A stretch of DNA of 64,000 nucleotides from a virus. Position numbers and translations under genes: made by a program. This document shows positions 54,301-62,714 of this stretch, piece after piece (position 1 is the first letter of the stretch; each line of letters starts with the position of its first letter). The stretch is from positions 35,221 to 99,220 of the IMG/VR virus record IMGVR_UViG_3300044981_000152; one strand, written 5' to 3'. The notes below the pieces were generated by a model. The model made no database searches and had not been told where the DNA came from. It saw nothing but the letters and a program-made list of their open reading frames with translations.

Positions 54301-56265
54301 GTGGCCTTCCGGAACTGGTTCCGCCGCGACCGCGCCGCCCTTGACGTCGAAGAGGCCTTCACCAGGGCCCTGACCCCCGGCCAGGTCCCCGAGCGCGCCG
54401 GCTACGTCTACGGCATCCCGCGCGGCGGCCTCAACGAGGTCAACGCGGGCATCGGGGCGTCTACCCAGACCGACCGGCGCAGCGAACTGCAGCAGCTGTA
54501 CGAGTCGTTCCTGGCCTGCCCGTGGGCGTGGGCGTGCGTCCAGGCCATCGCGCGGACGATCACGGCCGGCGGCCTGGTCATGGACTGGGATTCCGACACG
54601 GGCGAGGGCGACCAGGAGGTCCCGGACAAGCCCGAGGGCGTCCTGGCCGTCGAGCGGCTGGTCAAGTTCACCAACGCCCGGCAGAACATCCGCCAGCTGA
54701 TGCGCAACGTCGTCATCGACCTGCTGGTCTTCGGCGACGCGCTCGTCGAGGTCACGTGGTGGGGCGGAACCCCGGTCGCGCTGTACAACCTCGACGTCCC
54801 GACGACGACGCCGATCACCGATGAGCACGGCAACGTCACCGCGTACAAGCAGGTCACGGACTACGGGCAGACGGCCGACTTCGGCCCGGACGACGTGATC
54901 CACATCTCCCTCGACGCGCCCCGCTCCGGCGTGTTCGGGGTCAGCCCGACGCAGGCCGCGCTGCTGCCGATCACGAGCTGGCTGTTCGCCGCGGCGTGCG
55001 GCAAGGAGATGGCCCGCAAAGGCCTCCCGGCCACCGTGCACGCGGATTTCCCGGCCAGCGCGAGCGAGCCCGAGCAGAACAAGTGGGTCGCCCAGGCGAT
55101 GGCCCGGAACGTCGGCCCGCGGAACATCGGCCGGCCGTGGGTCACCAAGGGCGGCGCGAAGCTGACCGAGCTGCAGACCGGCAAGATCGCCGACGTCCTG
55201 GCCTACCTGAACCAGAAGCGGGACGAGATCCTGGCCACGTACGGCGTCCCGCCGGCCAAGGCGACCGTCATCGAGTCGGGGAACCTCGGCGGCGGCACGG
55301 GCGAGGAGCAGGACAAGTCGTTCAAGATCGACGTGTGCGCGCCGATCGGGGAGCTGATCCTGGAGGCGTTCAACTACGCCATCGTCCAGAAGGGCTTCGG
55401 GGTCACGGACTGGCAGGCCAAGTTCCGTGAGGTCGACTACCGGGCAAGCAAGACGATCGAGGACATCCGGGACACCCGGATCCGCAACGGCACCTACACG
55501 ATCAACAAGGGGCGCACCGAGATCGGCGAGCCGCCGGTCGAGGGCGGTGATGACGCGGTGATCATCGACCGCCAGAACCTGGTGCTGGTGAAGGATCTCG
55601 CGGCGATGAGCAAGGCGACGATCGAGGGCAAGGCCGGCGCCGCTGCGGCCGCGGCTGCGAGTTTGGGCGGGGCGCCTCCTGGCGGTGAGACGCCGGACGG
55701 CAGCCAGCCTCCGGGCGCCGGGCAGGATGACACGTCAGGCTCCGGCGGGGACGACGGCCGGGAGTCGGTGTCCCCGGTGATGCTGGCCCGGTACCGGCAG
55801 CGGCTCGCCGAGGCGCAGCAGGCGATGGGCCTGGCCGAGGCCACCTCGCAGGACCCCGGCGACGCCGTGTATTCGCAGCTCACCGATGACTTCCCGCCGG
55901 ATGCCATCGCCTGGGTCAAGGACTCCGCATGGACCGGGCCCGGCCGGGTGCCGCTCGGCGACATCGACACCAGCGACCGGAGCCAGTGGGACGCCAGCCG
56001 GCCCCAGGACAAGCCGAAGGTCGAAAAGCTCCGCAAGAAGCTGCGCGCCAAGCTCGCCCGCGGCGCCCGGCCGAAGCCGGTCATCCTGATCAAGTGGCCC
56101 GGCGCGGCCAAGTGGGTCATCGCGGACGGGCACCACCGGTTCGTCGCTGCCGAGGCTGAGAAGCAGGCGTGGGTGTGGGCGTACACCGGGCACGTGCCGC
56201 AGGAGCATGGCGACTGGGACGTCATGGCCGCCTCCGAGGAGGACCGGGATGGCAAGGCTGCATAG
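54301..56265 (+). CDS. portal protein with C-terminal ParB/Srx-like domain
   Basis: DLLVFGDA, DDVIHI...GVSP, ILATYGVPP, TINKGR; C-terminal PVILI...IADGHHR. Confidence 0.92.
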   Translation: MAFRNWFRRDRAALDVEEAFTRALTPGQVPERAGYVYGIPRGGLNEVNAGIGASTQTDRRSELQQLYESFLACPWAWACVQAIARTITAGGLVMDWDSDTGEGDQEVPDKPEGVLAVERLVKFTNARQNIRQLMRNVVIDLLVFGDALVEVTWWGGTPVALYNLDVPTTTPITDEHGNVTAYKQVTDYGQTADFGPDDVIHISLDAPRSGVFGVSPTQAALLPITSWLFAAACGKEMARKGLPATVHADFPASASEPEQNKWVAQAMARNVGPRNIGRPWVTKGGAKLTELQTGKIADVLAYLNQKRDEILATYGVPPAKATVIESGNLGGGTGEEQDKSFKIDVCAPIGELILEAFNYAIVQKGFGVTDWQAKFREVDYRASKTIEDIRDTRIRNGTYTINKGRTEIGEPPVEGGDDAVIIDRQNLVLVKDLAAMSKATIEGKAGAAAAAAASLGGAPPGGETPDGSQPPGAGQDDTSGSGGDDGRESVSPVMLARYRQRLAEAQQAMGLAEATSQDPGDAVYSQLTDDFPPDAIAWVKDSAWTGPGRVPLGDIDTSDRSQWDASRPQDKPKVEKLRKKLRAKLARGARPKPVILIKWPGAAKWVIADGHHRFVAAEAEKQAWVWAYTGHVPQEHGDWDVMAASEEDRDGKAA

Positions 56266-56638
56266 CGCGGGAGGTCTTGTGCGCGGTCGCGGTCGCGTGG
56301 TCGACGGTCGCTATATCGGCGACACTGCGCCGTCAAGCCGCGTAGCACTCGGCGGCATGTTCGTAGATCCGGCCCAGCTGCCGTCCGACCTCAAAGAACC
56401 CTCAATGGAGGCGGGACAGCCGCCCCGGATCTCGCGGCCTGGCGCCGGCCCCCTCCTGTCCTCCCTCGCCGCTGCTCTTACCGCGTGCGAGCAGGCCGGC
56501 CTCAAGCCGAAGCTCCGCCACGGCGGGATCATCGAAACCCGGCACGGCTACGTCGTCCGGGCCGGGCGGGCGTGGGTAGCAAGGACGGCGGCGTGGACCG
56601 AATTCACCCCGGAAGGCGATGACCATGACGACGGCTGA
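56249..56638 (+). CDS. hypothetical protein
   Basis: GAGGAGG RBS; start uncertain. Confidence 0.45.
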   Translation: MARLHSAGGLVRGRGRVVDGRYIGDTAPSSRVALGGMFVDPAQLPSDLKEPSMEAGQPPRISRPGAGPLLSSLAAALTACEQAGLKPKLRHGGIIETRHGYVVRAGRAWVARTAAWTEFTPEGDDHDDG

Positions 56639-57023
56639 CCTGGCCGAGCCCGCGACGGCCTCCGAGCACGGCCCCGGTGCGGTACTCGCCTTCGAGGGCA
56701 TGGTCGTCATCCAGTGGGCAGCAGCCCGTCCGTCTGCCCGGTTCGGCGTCCAGCCGCTGCACTGGCCGCTGACTTCCGTCTACGACGCGCTCACCGGCAA
56801 GCTGATCACGACCGTGACCCGTATCCAGGTCCACGCCACAGCCGACAGCTTCGTGACCGCTGACCTGACCATGCACACCGGCGAGGACGGCCGGCCGGTG
56901 TACGACATCGGGCAGGTCCGCGTCGCAGACGGCAAGCCGGCGACCGGCACGTTCCCGTTCTGGGTGACGGAGATGCGCGTCGGCGAGCCCGGCGCGACCA
57001 CCGCGCCCGAGGTGCTGTCGTGA
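56619..57023 (+). CDS. hypothetical protein
   Basis: Protein-like ORF. Confidence 0.6.
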   Translation: MTMTTADLAEPATASEHGPGAVLAFEGMVVIQWAAARPSARFGVQPLHWPLTSVYDALTGKLITTVTRIQVHATADSFVTADLTMHTGEDGRPVYDIGQVRVADGKPATGTFPFWVTEMRVGEPGATTAPEVLS

Positions 57024-57153
57024 GCGAACAGCCCGGCGACGGCGACGGGGACCGGGACGACGGCAACCCGTACGCCGCGCTGGAACCCGAAGACCTGCCG
57101 GACCAGCCGCTCACCGCCGCAAAGGCGAGCGCCCTACTTTGGAAAGAGATCGG

Positions 57154-57426
57154 ATGATCCACGTTCCCGCTGACCGTCACGTGGCCACCAAGCAAATCGC
57201 CCGCTGGTTCGACTGGGAACACCTCCCGGTCGGCCTCGCCCGAGGCGTCTCCCAGTCGTGCGCCCAGCTCGCCGAGGGCGTGATCGAGGAACTGCCGGAT
57301 AGCCCGGAGCTGACGACCGGGCTGCGCAAGCTGCTCGAAGCCAAGGACTGCTTTGTCCGGGCCGCGATCGGCGCGCAAGGTGCCGCTGTCACCGAGCCAG
57401 GGCCGCGCGCGGAGATCACCGAGTAG
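57154..57426 (+). CDS. conserved helical-hairpin phage protein
   Basis: F.WEHLP...LPDSPELTTGLRKLLEAKDCFVRA. Confidence 0.8.
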   Translation: MIHVPADRHVATKQIARWFDWEHLPVGLARGVSQSCAQLAEGVIEELPDSPELTTGLRKLLEAKDCFVRAAIGAQGAAVTEPGPRAEITE

Positions 57427-57446
57427 CACCGGGGGGCGGGTGAGCC

Positions 57447-58016
57447 GTGGCCAAGCCCCAGCCTCACCTGTTCTGCGACGTTGACGGGGTCCTGGCCTGG
57501 CAGCCCGAAGGCGACATCATCGCGGTGAACGCCCGGTTCGGCTCGTCCTGGCTGATCTCAGATGCGACCGTGTACCCGTTCCGGTCGATGCTCCCCGGCA
57601 AGCAGGCGGCGTGGCTGGCCGCGAACTGGCCGGTGATCGCCGCGAACCTCGCCCCGGACACTCATGCGATCCGCGTGCTGAAGAAAGCCGCCAAAGCCAG
57701 CATCCAGGTCACGGTCTGCACTGAGCGGCCCGCCGGGCTGGCCGCGCTAACGCGGGCGTGGCTGGCGCTGTGGGACGTGCCGGGCGCCGCTGATGCTCAG
57801 GTGGTGGGGCCGGGCGGGAAAGAGGCACTGCTGGCCCCGTACGGGCCTGACTCGCCTGCCGTGCTGATCGACGACTCGCCGGCGAACGAGGCCCTGGCCC
57901 GGCCTGGCGTGCAGGTGTGGGTGCCGCCGCGGCCGTGGACCCCGCAGGACGACCCGCCTGACGGGGTGTGGCGGTTCCCTGACTGGCGCGCGGTCAAGAA
58001 GAAGCTCGGGCTGTGA
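57447..58016 (+). CDS. HAD-superfamily (5'-nucleotidase-like) hydrolase
   Basis: FCDVDGVL motif I, VCTER, LIDDS, RPW. Confidence 0.8.
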   Translation: MAKPQPHLFCDVDGVLAWQPEGDIIAVNARFGSSWLISDATVYPFRSMLPGKQAAWLAANWPVIAANLAPDTHAIRVLKKAAKASIQVTVCTERPAGLAALTRAWLALWDVPGAADAQVVGPGGKEALLAPYGPDSPAVLIDDSPANEALARPGVQVWVPPRPWTPQDDPPDGVWRFPDWRAVKKKLGL

Positions 58017-59023
58017 CCGGACTGGCCGCTGCTGCCGCGAACGCGTACCTGTCCGGCTGGGCGCTCACGGAGGCCCCGTGGACTGAGCGCGTCGAGGCCG
58101 GGTGTTACGCGGCCGTCCAGACCGCGCTCGACCACCGGCACGATCCCGGCATCCTCGAGGCGGCGCTGATCCTGGGGTCGCTCGAGGGCATCTGGGCCAC
58201 CATCTACCAGCGCAGGGCACGGCTGCAGCGCAAGCACGAGCGGGCGATCCGCGCCGCCTGGGACGCCTGCATCAAGGACCTGGACCCAGCCGACGTGGCC
58301 CGCTGGTTCCGCCGCGACACCTACCAGGCCGCCGAGACCGTCACCAGGGACCCGACTAAGAAGTGGTGGCAGGACGTCGCGATCACCACCGCACTGGCCT
58401 GGCTGCGGGCCGTCTACCACGCGGACGGGTTCGAGGCCCTGGTAACGGCACTGGCCGACGCGATCCGCGCGGGCATGGCCGAGGGCGAGGCCGGCGCGCT
58501 GGCTCTCGCCGCCAGCCGACAGGGACAGGCCGGGTTCAGCATCGCCAAGGCGTTCAAGGCCGCCTACGGCCGGCTCGCCACCGATCACACCATCACCCAG
58601 CGCGCGGCCGCCGCGGCGGCCGGCCTGATCGACGCCACCGCGGGCGACGTCGGCCGCAGGCTCGCCTCGCAGGCCGGAGACGGTGCCAGCCAGGACGACA
58701 TGGCCGCTGGCGTGTCGGATGTCATGAACGGCGGCCAGTCGGTCGACCGCGGCTCGGACACGGCGCTGTGGGCAGGGATCGGGCTCGGGGCGCTGGCGCT
58801 GTACCAGGCCATCGGCACCGCGGCAGGCGGCGGTCAGGCCGCGGATGTCGCGTACTTGCTCTGGCAATCGGCGGGGGACGGCAGAGTCTGTGTCCAGTGT
58901 CAGGACAACGAGGACAACAGCCCTTACACGCTCGCAAACGCGCCGGAGATGCCAGCTCACCCGCGCTGCCGGTGCTCCTGGGACTACACGGGCAACGTCC
59001 CCTCCGCGTTGCTAGACGGCTAG
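58013..59023 (+). CDS. MuF-like minor head morphogenesis protein
   Basis: W...DGRVCVQC...PAHPRCRC. Confidence 0.85.
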   Translation: MTGLAAAAANAYLSGWALTEAPWTERVEAGCYAAVQTALDHRHDPGILEAALILGSLEGIWATIYQRRARLQRKHERAIRAAWDACIKDLDPADVARWFRRDTYQAAETVTRDPTKKWWQDVAITTALAWLRAVYHADGFEALVTALADAIRAGMAEGEAGALALAASRQGQAGFSIAKAFKAAYGRLATDHTITQRAAAAAAGLIDATAGDVGRRLASQAGDGASQDDMAAGVSDVMNGGQSVDRGSDTALWAGIGLGALALYQAIGTAAGGGQAADVAYLLWQSAGDGRVCVQCQDNEDNSPYTLANAPEMPAHPRCRCSWDYTGNVPSALLDG

Positions 59024-59065
59024 GCACGCTGCTCGGCAGCTTCACCAACTGACAGGAGGCCCGGC

Positions 59066-59509
59066 ATGGGCAGTGCCCTCGGCGACCGCGCAGTCCTGAT
59101 CTGGTCCCTGGCCCAGTCCGGTCTCGGCACCACCCTCACCGCATCCGGCAACTCCGGCGCGTTCTCGACCGCGAGCCAGAACAAGATGAGCCCGGTCGAC
59201 CTGCGCTGGACCGACGACCTCACCATCGCCGTCTACGTCGCCGGCGCCGTCACCGGCACGACCCCGTCGCTGACCGTCCAGCTCGGGTTCTTCGACGACC
59301 AGGGGAACCTGTACCAGCCCGCGGCGCTCAAGCTGACGGCGATCACCGCCGCGTCCACGCCGGCGACGGCCCCGTTCCTGGCCGTCGGCCGGCACGCCGG
59401 ATCGGCCGGGACGTACATCGCGCTGCCCGAATGGGGGCAGGTGGCGTGGACGATCACCGGGACCACGCCGTCATTCAGCGGCGTGGAGATCGCCCTGTAC
59501 GCCCGCTAG
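59066..59509 (+). CDS. beta-rich virion-associated protein
   Basis: GTTPSLTV...WTITGTTPSFS; AGGAGG RBS. Confidence 0.7.
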   Translation: MGSALGDRAVLIWSLAQSGLGTTLTASGNSGAFSTASQNKMSPVDLRWTDDLTIAVYVAGAVTGTTPSLTVQLGFFDDQGNLYQPAALKLTAITAASTPATAPFLAVGRHAGSAGTYIALPEWGQVAWTITGTTPSFSGVEIALYAR

Positions 59510-59574
59510 CCCGTGTCACCCGGCCGCTGACGGCCGCCCTTCCGTAACCACCAGCCCGAAAGGGGCGTGCCGTC

Positions 59575-59886
59575 ATGGCCAAAAATCAGATCGTCACCGA
59601 CTACGACGACGCCGGCTACCCGCAGGTCGCCTCGCTGACCCAGTTCCCCACCGGGAGCCAGTCGGTCAAGACCGCTCCCGGCCGGCTGATCAAGATCGTC
59701 GTCACCACGACCACCTCGGCGGCGGTCACGTTCTACGACAACGCGACGACGAACAGCGGCACCATCCTGTTCGTCGTTCCCTCCGCAGCGCCGGTCGGCG
59801 CGGTATACGACGTGAACCTGCCGGCCGCGAACGGCATCTACGCCTCGTTCGCCGGCACCGGCACGCTCGCGGTCGGCTACTCCTGA
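59575..59886 (+). CDS. small beta-rich virion protein (paralog A)
   Basis: YDD..., APGRL, YDNA...SG, LPAANGIY. Confidence 0.75.
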   Translation: MAKNQIVTDYDDAGYPQVASLTQFPTGSQSVKTAPGRLIKIVVTTTTSAAVTFYDNATTNSGTILFVVPSAAPVGAVYDVNLPAANGIYASFAGTGTLAVGYS

Positions 59887-59936
59887 CCCGCCCCGTTCCG
59901 CCCGAGACCTCCTGATACCCGGAAAGGGGCACGATC

Positions 59937-60287
59937 ATGGCCCAGAACGGCATCGTCGCAGCCTACGACGACATCGGCCACCCGTCAGTGGCCCGCCTGG
60001 CGGTCAGCTGGGCCTTCGGCACCGGCGCGCTCGCCATTGCGGCAGCACCGGGACGGCTGTGCCGCGTCCACGTGACGACGGCGCTCACCTCGGGCACCAG
60101 CGCGACCGTCCTGCTGTACGACAACGCCTCCGCGGCGTCCGGGAACGTGCTATGGGAGCTGGTCACCTCGTCGTCGCTGAACGTCGCCGGGGGAGTGTTC
60201 GCCATCGACCTGCCGGCGTTCAACGGCATCTACCTGGGCATCAGCGGCGCGCTCACAGCAGGCGCGCTGACCATCGGCTACTGCTAG
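59937..60287 (+). CDS. small beta-rich virion protein (paralog B)
   Basis: YDD..., APGRL, YDNA...SG, LPAFNGIY. Confidence 0.75.
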   Translation: MAQNGIVAAYDDIGHPSVARLAVSWAFGTGALAIAAAPGRLCRVHVTTALTSGTSATVLLYDNASAASGNVLWELVTSSSLNVAGGVFAIDLPAFNGIYLGISGALTAGALTIGYC

Positions 60288-60297
60288 GGGAGTTGTC

Positions 60298-60618
60298 ATG
60301 AGCTACTGGGACACCGGACTGCTTGCATCCGGCCAGGATTTCGTCGCCAATCTCGACGGCACGTGGGCCTACGTCAACTTCTGCTGGTCATGGTCCGCCA
60401 GCGACTCGACCGCCCTGGCGGCCTGGTACGGGTCGCCAGACGAGGGCGTGACCTGGTTCACCATCCAGGAATCCGCTGGCACTAGCGGGACGGGTCAATG
60501 GTGCGCATTCCCGGGCGTCACCGGCGACTACGGGTTCGGTCCAGTGAATGCCATCAAGATTGCCGTCCTGAGCGGCCTTTCAACTACGACCCACAAGGTC
60601 GTCTTCACGGGCTGCTAG
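60298..60618 (+). CDS. small beta-rich protein
   Basis: SPDEGVTW Asp-box-like motif. Confidence 0.6.
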   Translation: MSYWDTGLLASGQDFVANLDGTWAYVNFCWSWSASDSTALAAWYGSPDEGVTWFTIQESAGTSGTGQWCAFPGVTGDYGFGPVNAIKIAVLSGLSTTTHKVVFTGC

Positions 60619-60620
60619 CC

Positions 60621-62564
60621 GTGAGCAAGGTCCTGGCCACGATCAGCGGGACGGCCCTGGCCCCCGGCGTGTCCAAGAACGGCCGCCTTTACTCGCGCGA
60701 GGCCATCGCCAAGGCAGTCGCGCGGGCGCAGGACCAGCTCGCCGAGGGCAAGACGCTCTCCGTCCTGACGCATCACGAGGCCGGGGATGACAGCGAGAAG
60801 ATCATCGGCCGGATCACCGGCATGTCCGTCGCCGAGGACGGGTCGGCGCGCTTCACCGCCGACCTGGCCGACACGCCGCACGCCCGCACGATCGCCAGCC
60901 TGGTCGACAACAGCAGCGGCCGGCCGTTCCTGTCCGGCATGAGCATCCGGGGCGCGTGGGTCGGCAAGGTGCAGCGCGTCAAGGGGCCCGATAACCAGCC
61001 CGTGGAAACTGCTGCCGACCTGGAATTCTACGGGATCGACCCGACGCATAAGCCCGGCGTTGAGGCGGCAGGGGTCGATGCGTTCGCCTGGGCTAAGGGC
61101 GGGGCTACCGAGACGACGGAGCGCGTCCTGATCACCGAGAGCGTCCAGGAGGCGCGCGTGACCGCCATCACCGAAGAGACGACACCCGCAGCCCCGGCCG
61201 CTGAAACCGTCCCGGCGGAGGTCCGCGAGGCGCTGAGCGTCCTGCTCGCCGGTGCCCCGGAAATCGAGGAGGCCGGCACGCCGCCGATGTCCAAGCGGGA
61301 CAGCGGCACAACCGGCAGCGGGAGGGTGTGGGCCGACCCCGGCTATCAGCCTGACAAGAAGCAGCGGTATGACATCACCACGAAGGCCGTGGCCAAAACC
61401 GCCTGGTCGTTCATCAACCAGCAGTCCAAGGCCGCAAAGTACACGCCCGCGCAGCTGAAGCGGATCAAGGGCCGGATCAAGGCCGCGCTCAAGAAGTTCG
61501 GCGTCACCGTCGCCGCAGAGGGCTGGACGATCGAGCCCGCGTTCCAGGTGACCGAGGCCATCGCCGAGTACCTGAACCGCCCGGACATGGCCGGGTCGTT
61601 CAGCCTGAACGCCTGCAACGGCCCGATCTCGATCTGCATCTCCTCGTACTGCCTCGACCCGGCCGACCTCGCCGTCATCCTCACCGCCGCGTGCGGGGCG
61701 GCGGTCCAGGCGCTGGCCGCGCTCGACCCGGACATGGACGGCGACATCGACGTCCCCGGCGCCGATTCTGAGGACACCGACGGCGACGCCGCCGACACGA
61801 CGGACCAGTTCGACAACGGCGACGGCACCGCAGACCTGGCCCGCCGGATCCTCGCCGCCGTCAAGGGCGAGTCCGATGAGTCCCTGGACGCCCTGGTCGC
61901 CGAAGCCAGCGCCGCGCAGACCCGCGCCGAGGTCACCGAGACCTCACCCACCAATGAAGACCCGGCGCCGGAAGTGGCCGCCGCTACCCAGGAAACGGAG
62001 GTTCCCGCCGTGAGCGAGACCACCACCACCGAAGCGGCCCCGCCCGCGGCTGCCGCAGCGTTCACCCAGGACCAGCTCAACGCCGCCGTCGCCGCGGCGC
62101 TGGACGAGGACCGCAAGGCCCGCAAGGCCGCCAGGAAGGCCGCGAAGGCCAAGACCGGCGAGTCGGCCGGCGGCGGCAAGGCCCCGGTCACCGAAACAGC
62201 CCCGGCCGCTGCGGCAGCCGCCGCGCCGGACCTCCAGAAGCTGGTCGACGCCGGCATCGCCGCCCAGCTCGCCGCCCAGGGCCTCGTCGAGACCCAGGAG
62301 CAGAAGATCGAGCGGATGATCGCCGAGGGCGTCACCAAGGTCAAGCAGGAACTCGTCGCCGCGGGCGGCGGGCCCGGCCGCAAGGGCCTGGTCACCGAGC
62401 ACACGGCGACCCGCCCCGCCGGCCTGGAAGGCGTCCCCGCCGACTTTCCGATCGACGGCAGCGGCAACATGATCCCCTCGGAGAAGTGGTCTGAGGCCCA
62501 GCGGCGCGCTGCTGGCGCTGTCCTGCAGACCCACGTCCTCGGCGACCGCGCCGTCTTCGACTGA
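60621..62564 (+). CDS. prohead protease / DUF6582-like / scaffold fusion
   Basis: PGVSKNGRLYS, H, MSIRG, IDPTHKPG; WADPGYQPDKKQRY; Ala/Glu-rich scaffold tail; precedes the capsid gene. Confidence 0.8.
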   Translation: MSKVLATISGTALAPGVSKNGRLYSREAIAKAVARAQDQLAEGKTLSVLTHHEAGDDSEKIIGRITGMSVAEDGSARFTADLADTPHARTIASLVDNSSGRPFLSGMSIRGAWVGKVQRVKGPDNQPVETAADLEFYGIDPTHKPGVEAAGVDAFAWAKGGATETTERVLITESVQEARVTAITEETTPAAPAAETVPAEVREALSVLLAGAPEIEEAGTPPMSKRDSGTTGSGRVWADPGYQPDKKQRYDITTKAVAKTAWSFINQQSKAAKYTPAQLKRIKGRIKAALKKFGVTVAAEGWTIEPAFQVTEAIAEYLNRPDMAGSFSLNACNGPISICISSYCLDPADLAVILTAACGAAVQALAALDPDMDGDIDVPGADSEDTDGDAADTTDQFDNGDGTADLARRILAAVKGESDESLDALVAEASAAQTRAEVTETSPTNEDPAPEVAAATQETEVPAVSETTTTEAAPPAAAAAFTQDQLNAAVAAALDEDRKARKAARKAAKAKTGESAGGGKAPVTETAPAAAAAAAPDLQKLVDAGIAAQLAAQGLVETQEQKIERMIAEGVTKVKQELVAAGGGPGRKGLVTEHTATRPAGLEGVPADFPIDGSGNMIPSEKWSEAQRRAAGAVLQTHVLGDRAVFD

Positions 62565-62577
62565 CCCGCTGAGCGTT

Positions 62578-62607
62578 CCCGGCGCGGTACCCCTGCACCG
62601 CGCCGGG
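62578..62607 (+). terminator. GC-rich hairpin before the capsid gene
   Basis: CCCGGCGCGGT pairs with ACCGCGCCGGG. Confidence 0.5.
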
Positions 62608-62714
62608 ACCCGGCTTCACCCCCCGTACCTACCCCTGGCCGCCAGCAACCCCGCTGGTGCCGCTCTGGCAGCGATGGCCGACCTCACTCACTCACCTGAG
62701 AGGAGGCGGCCCCC

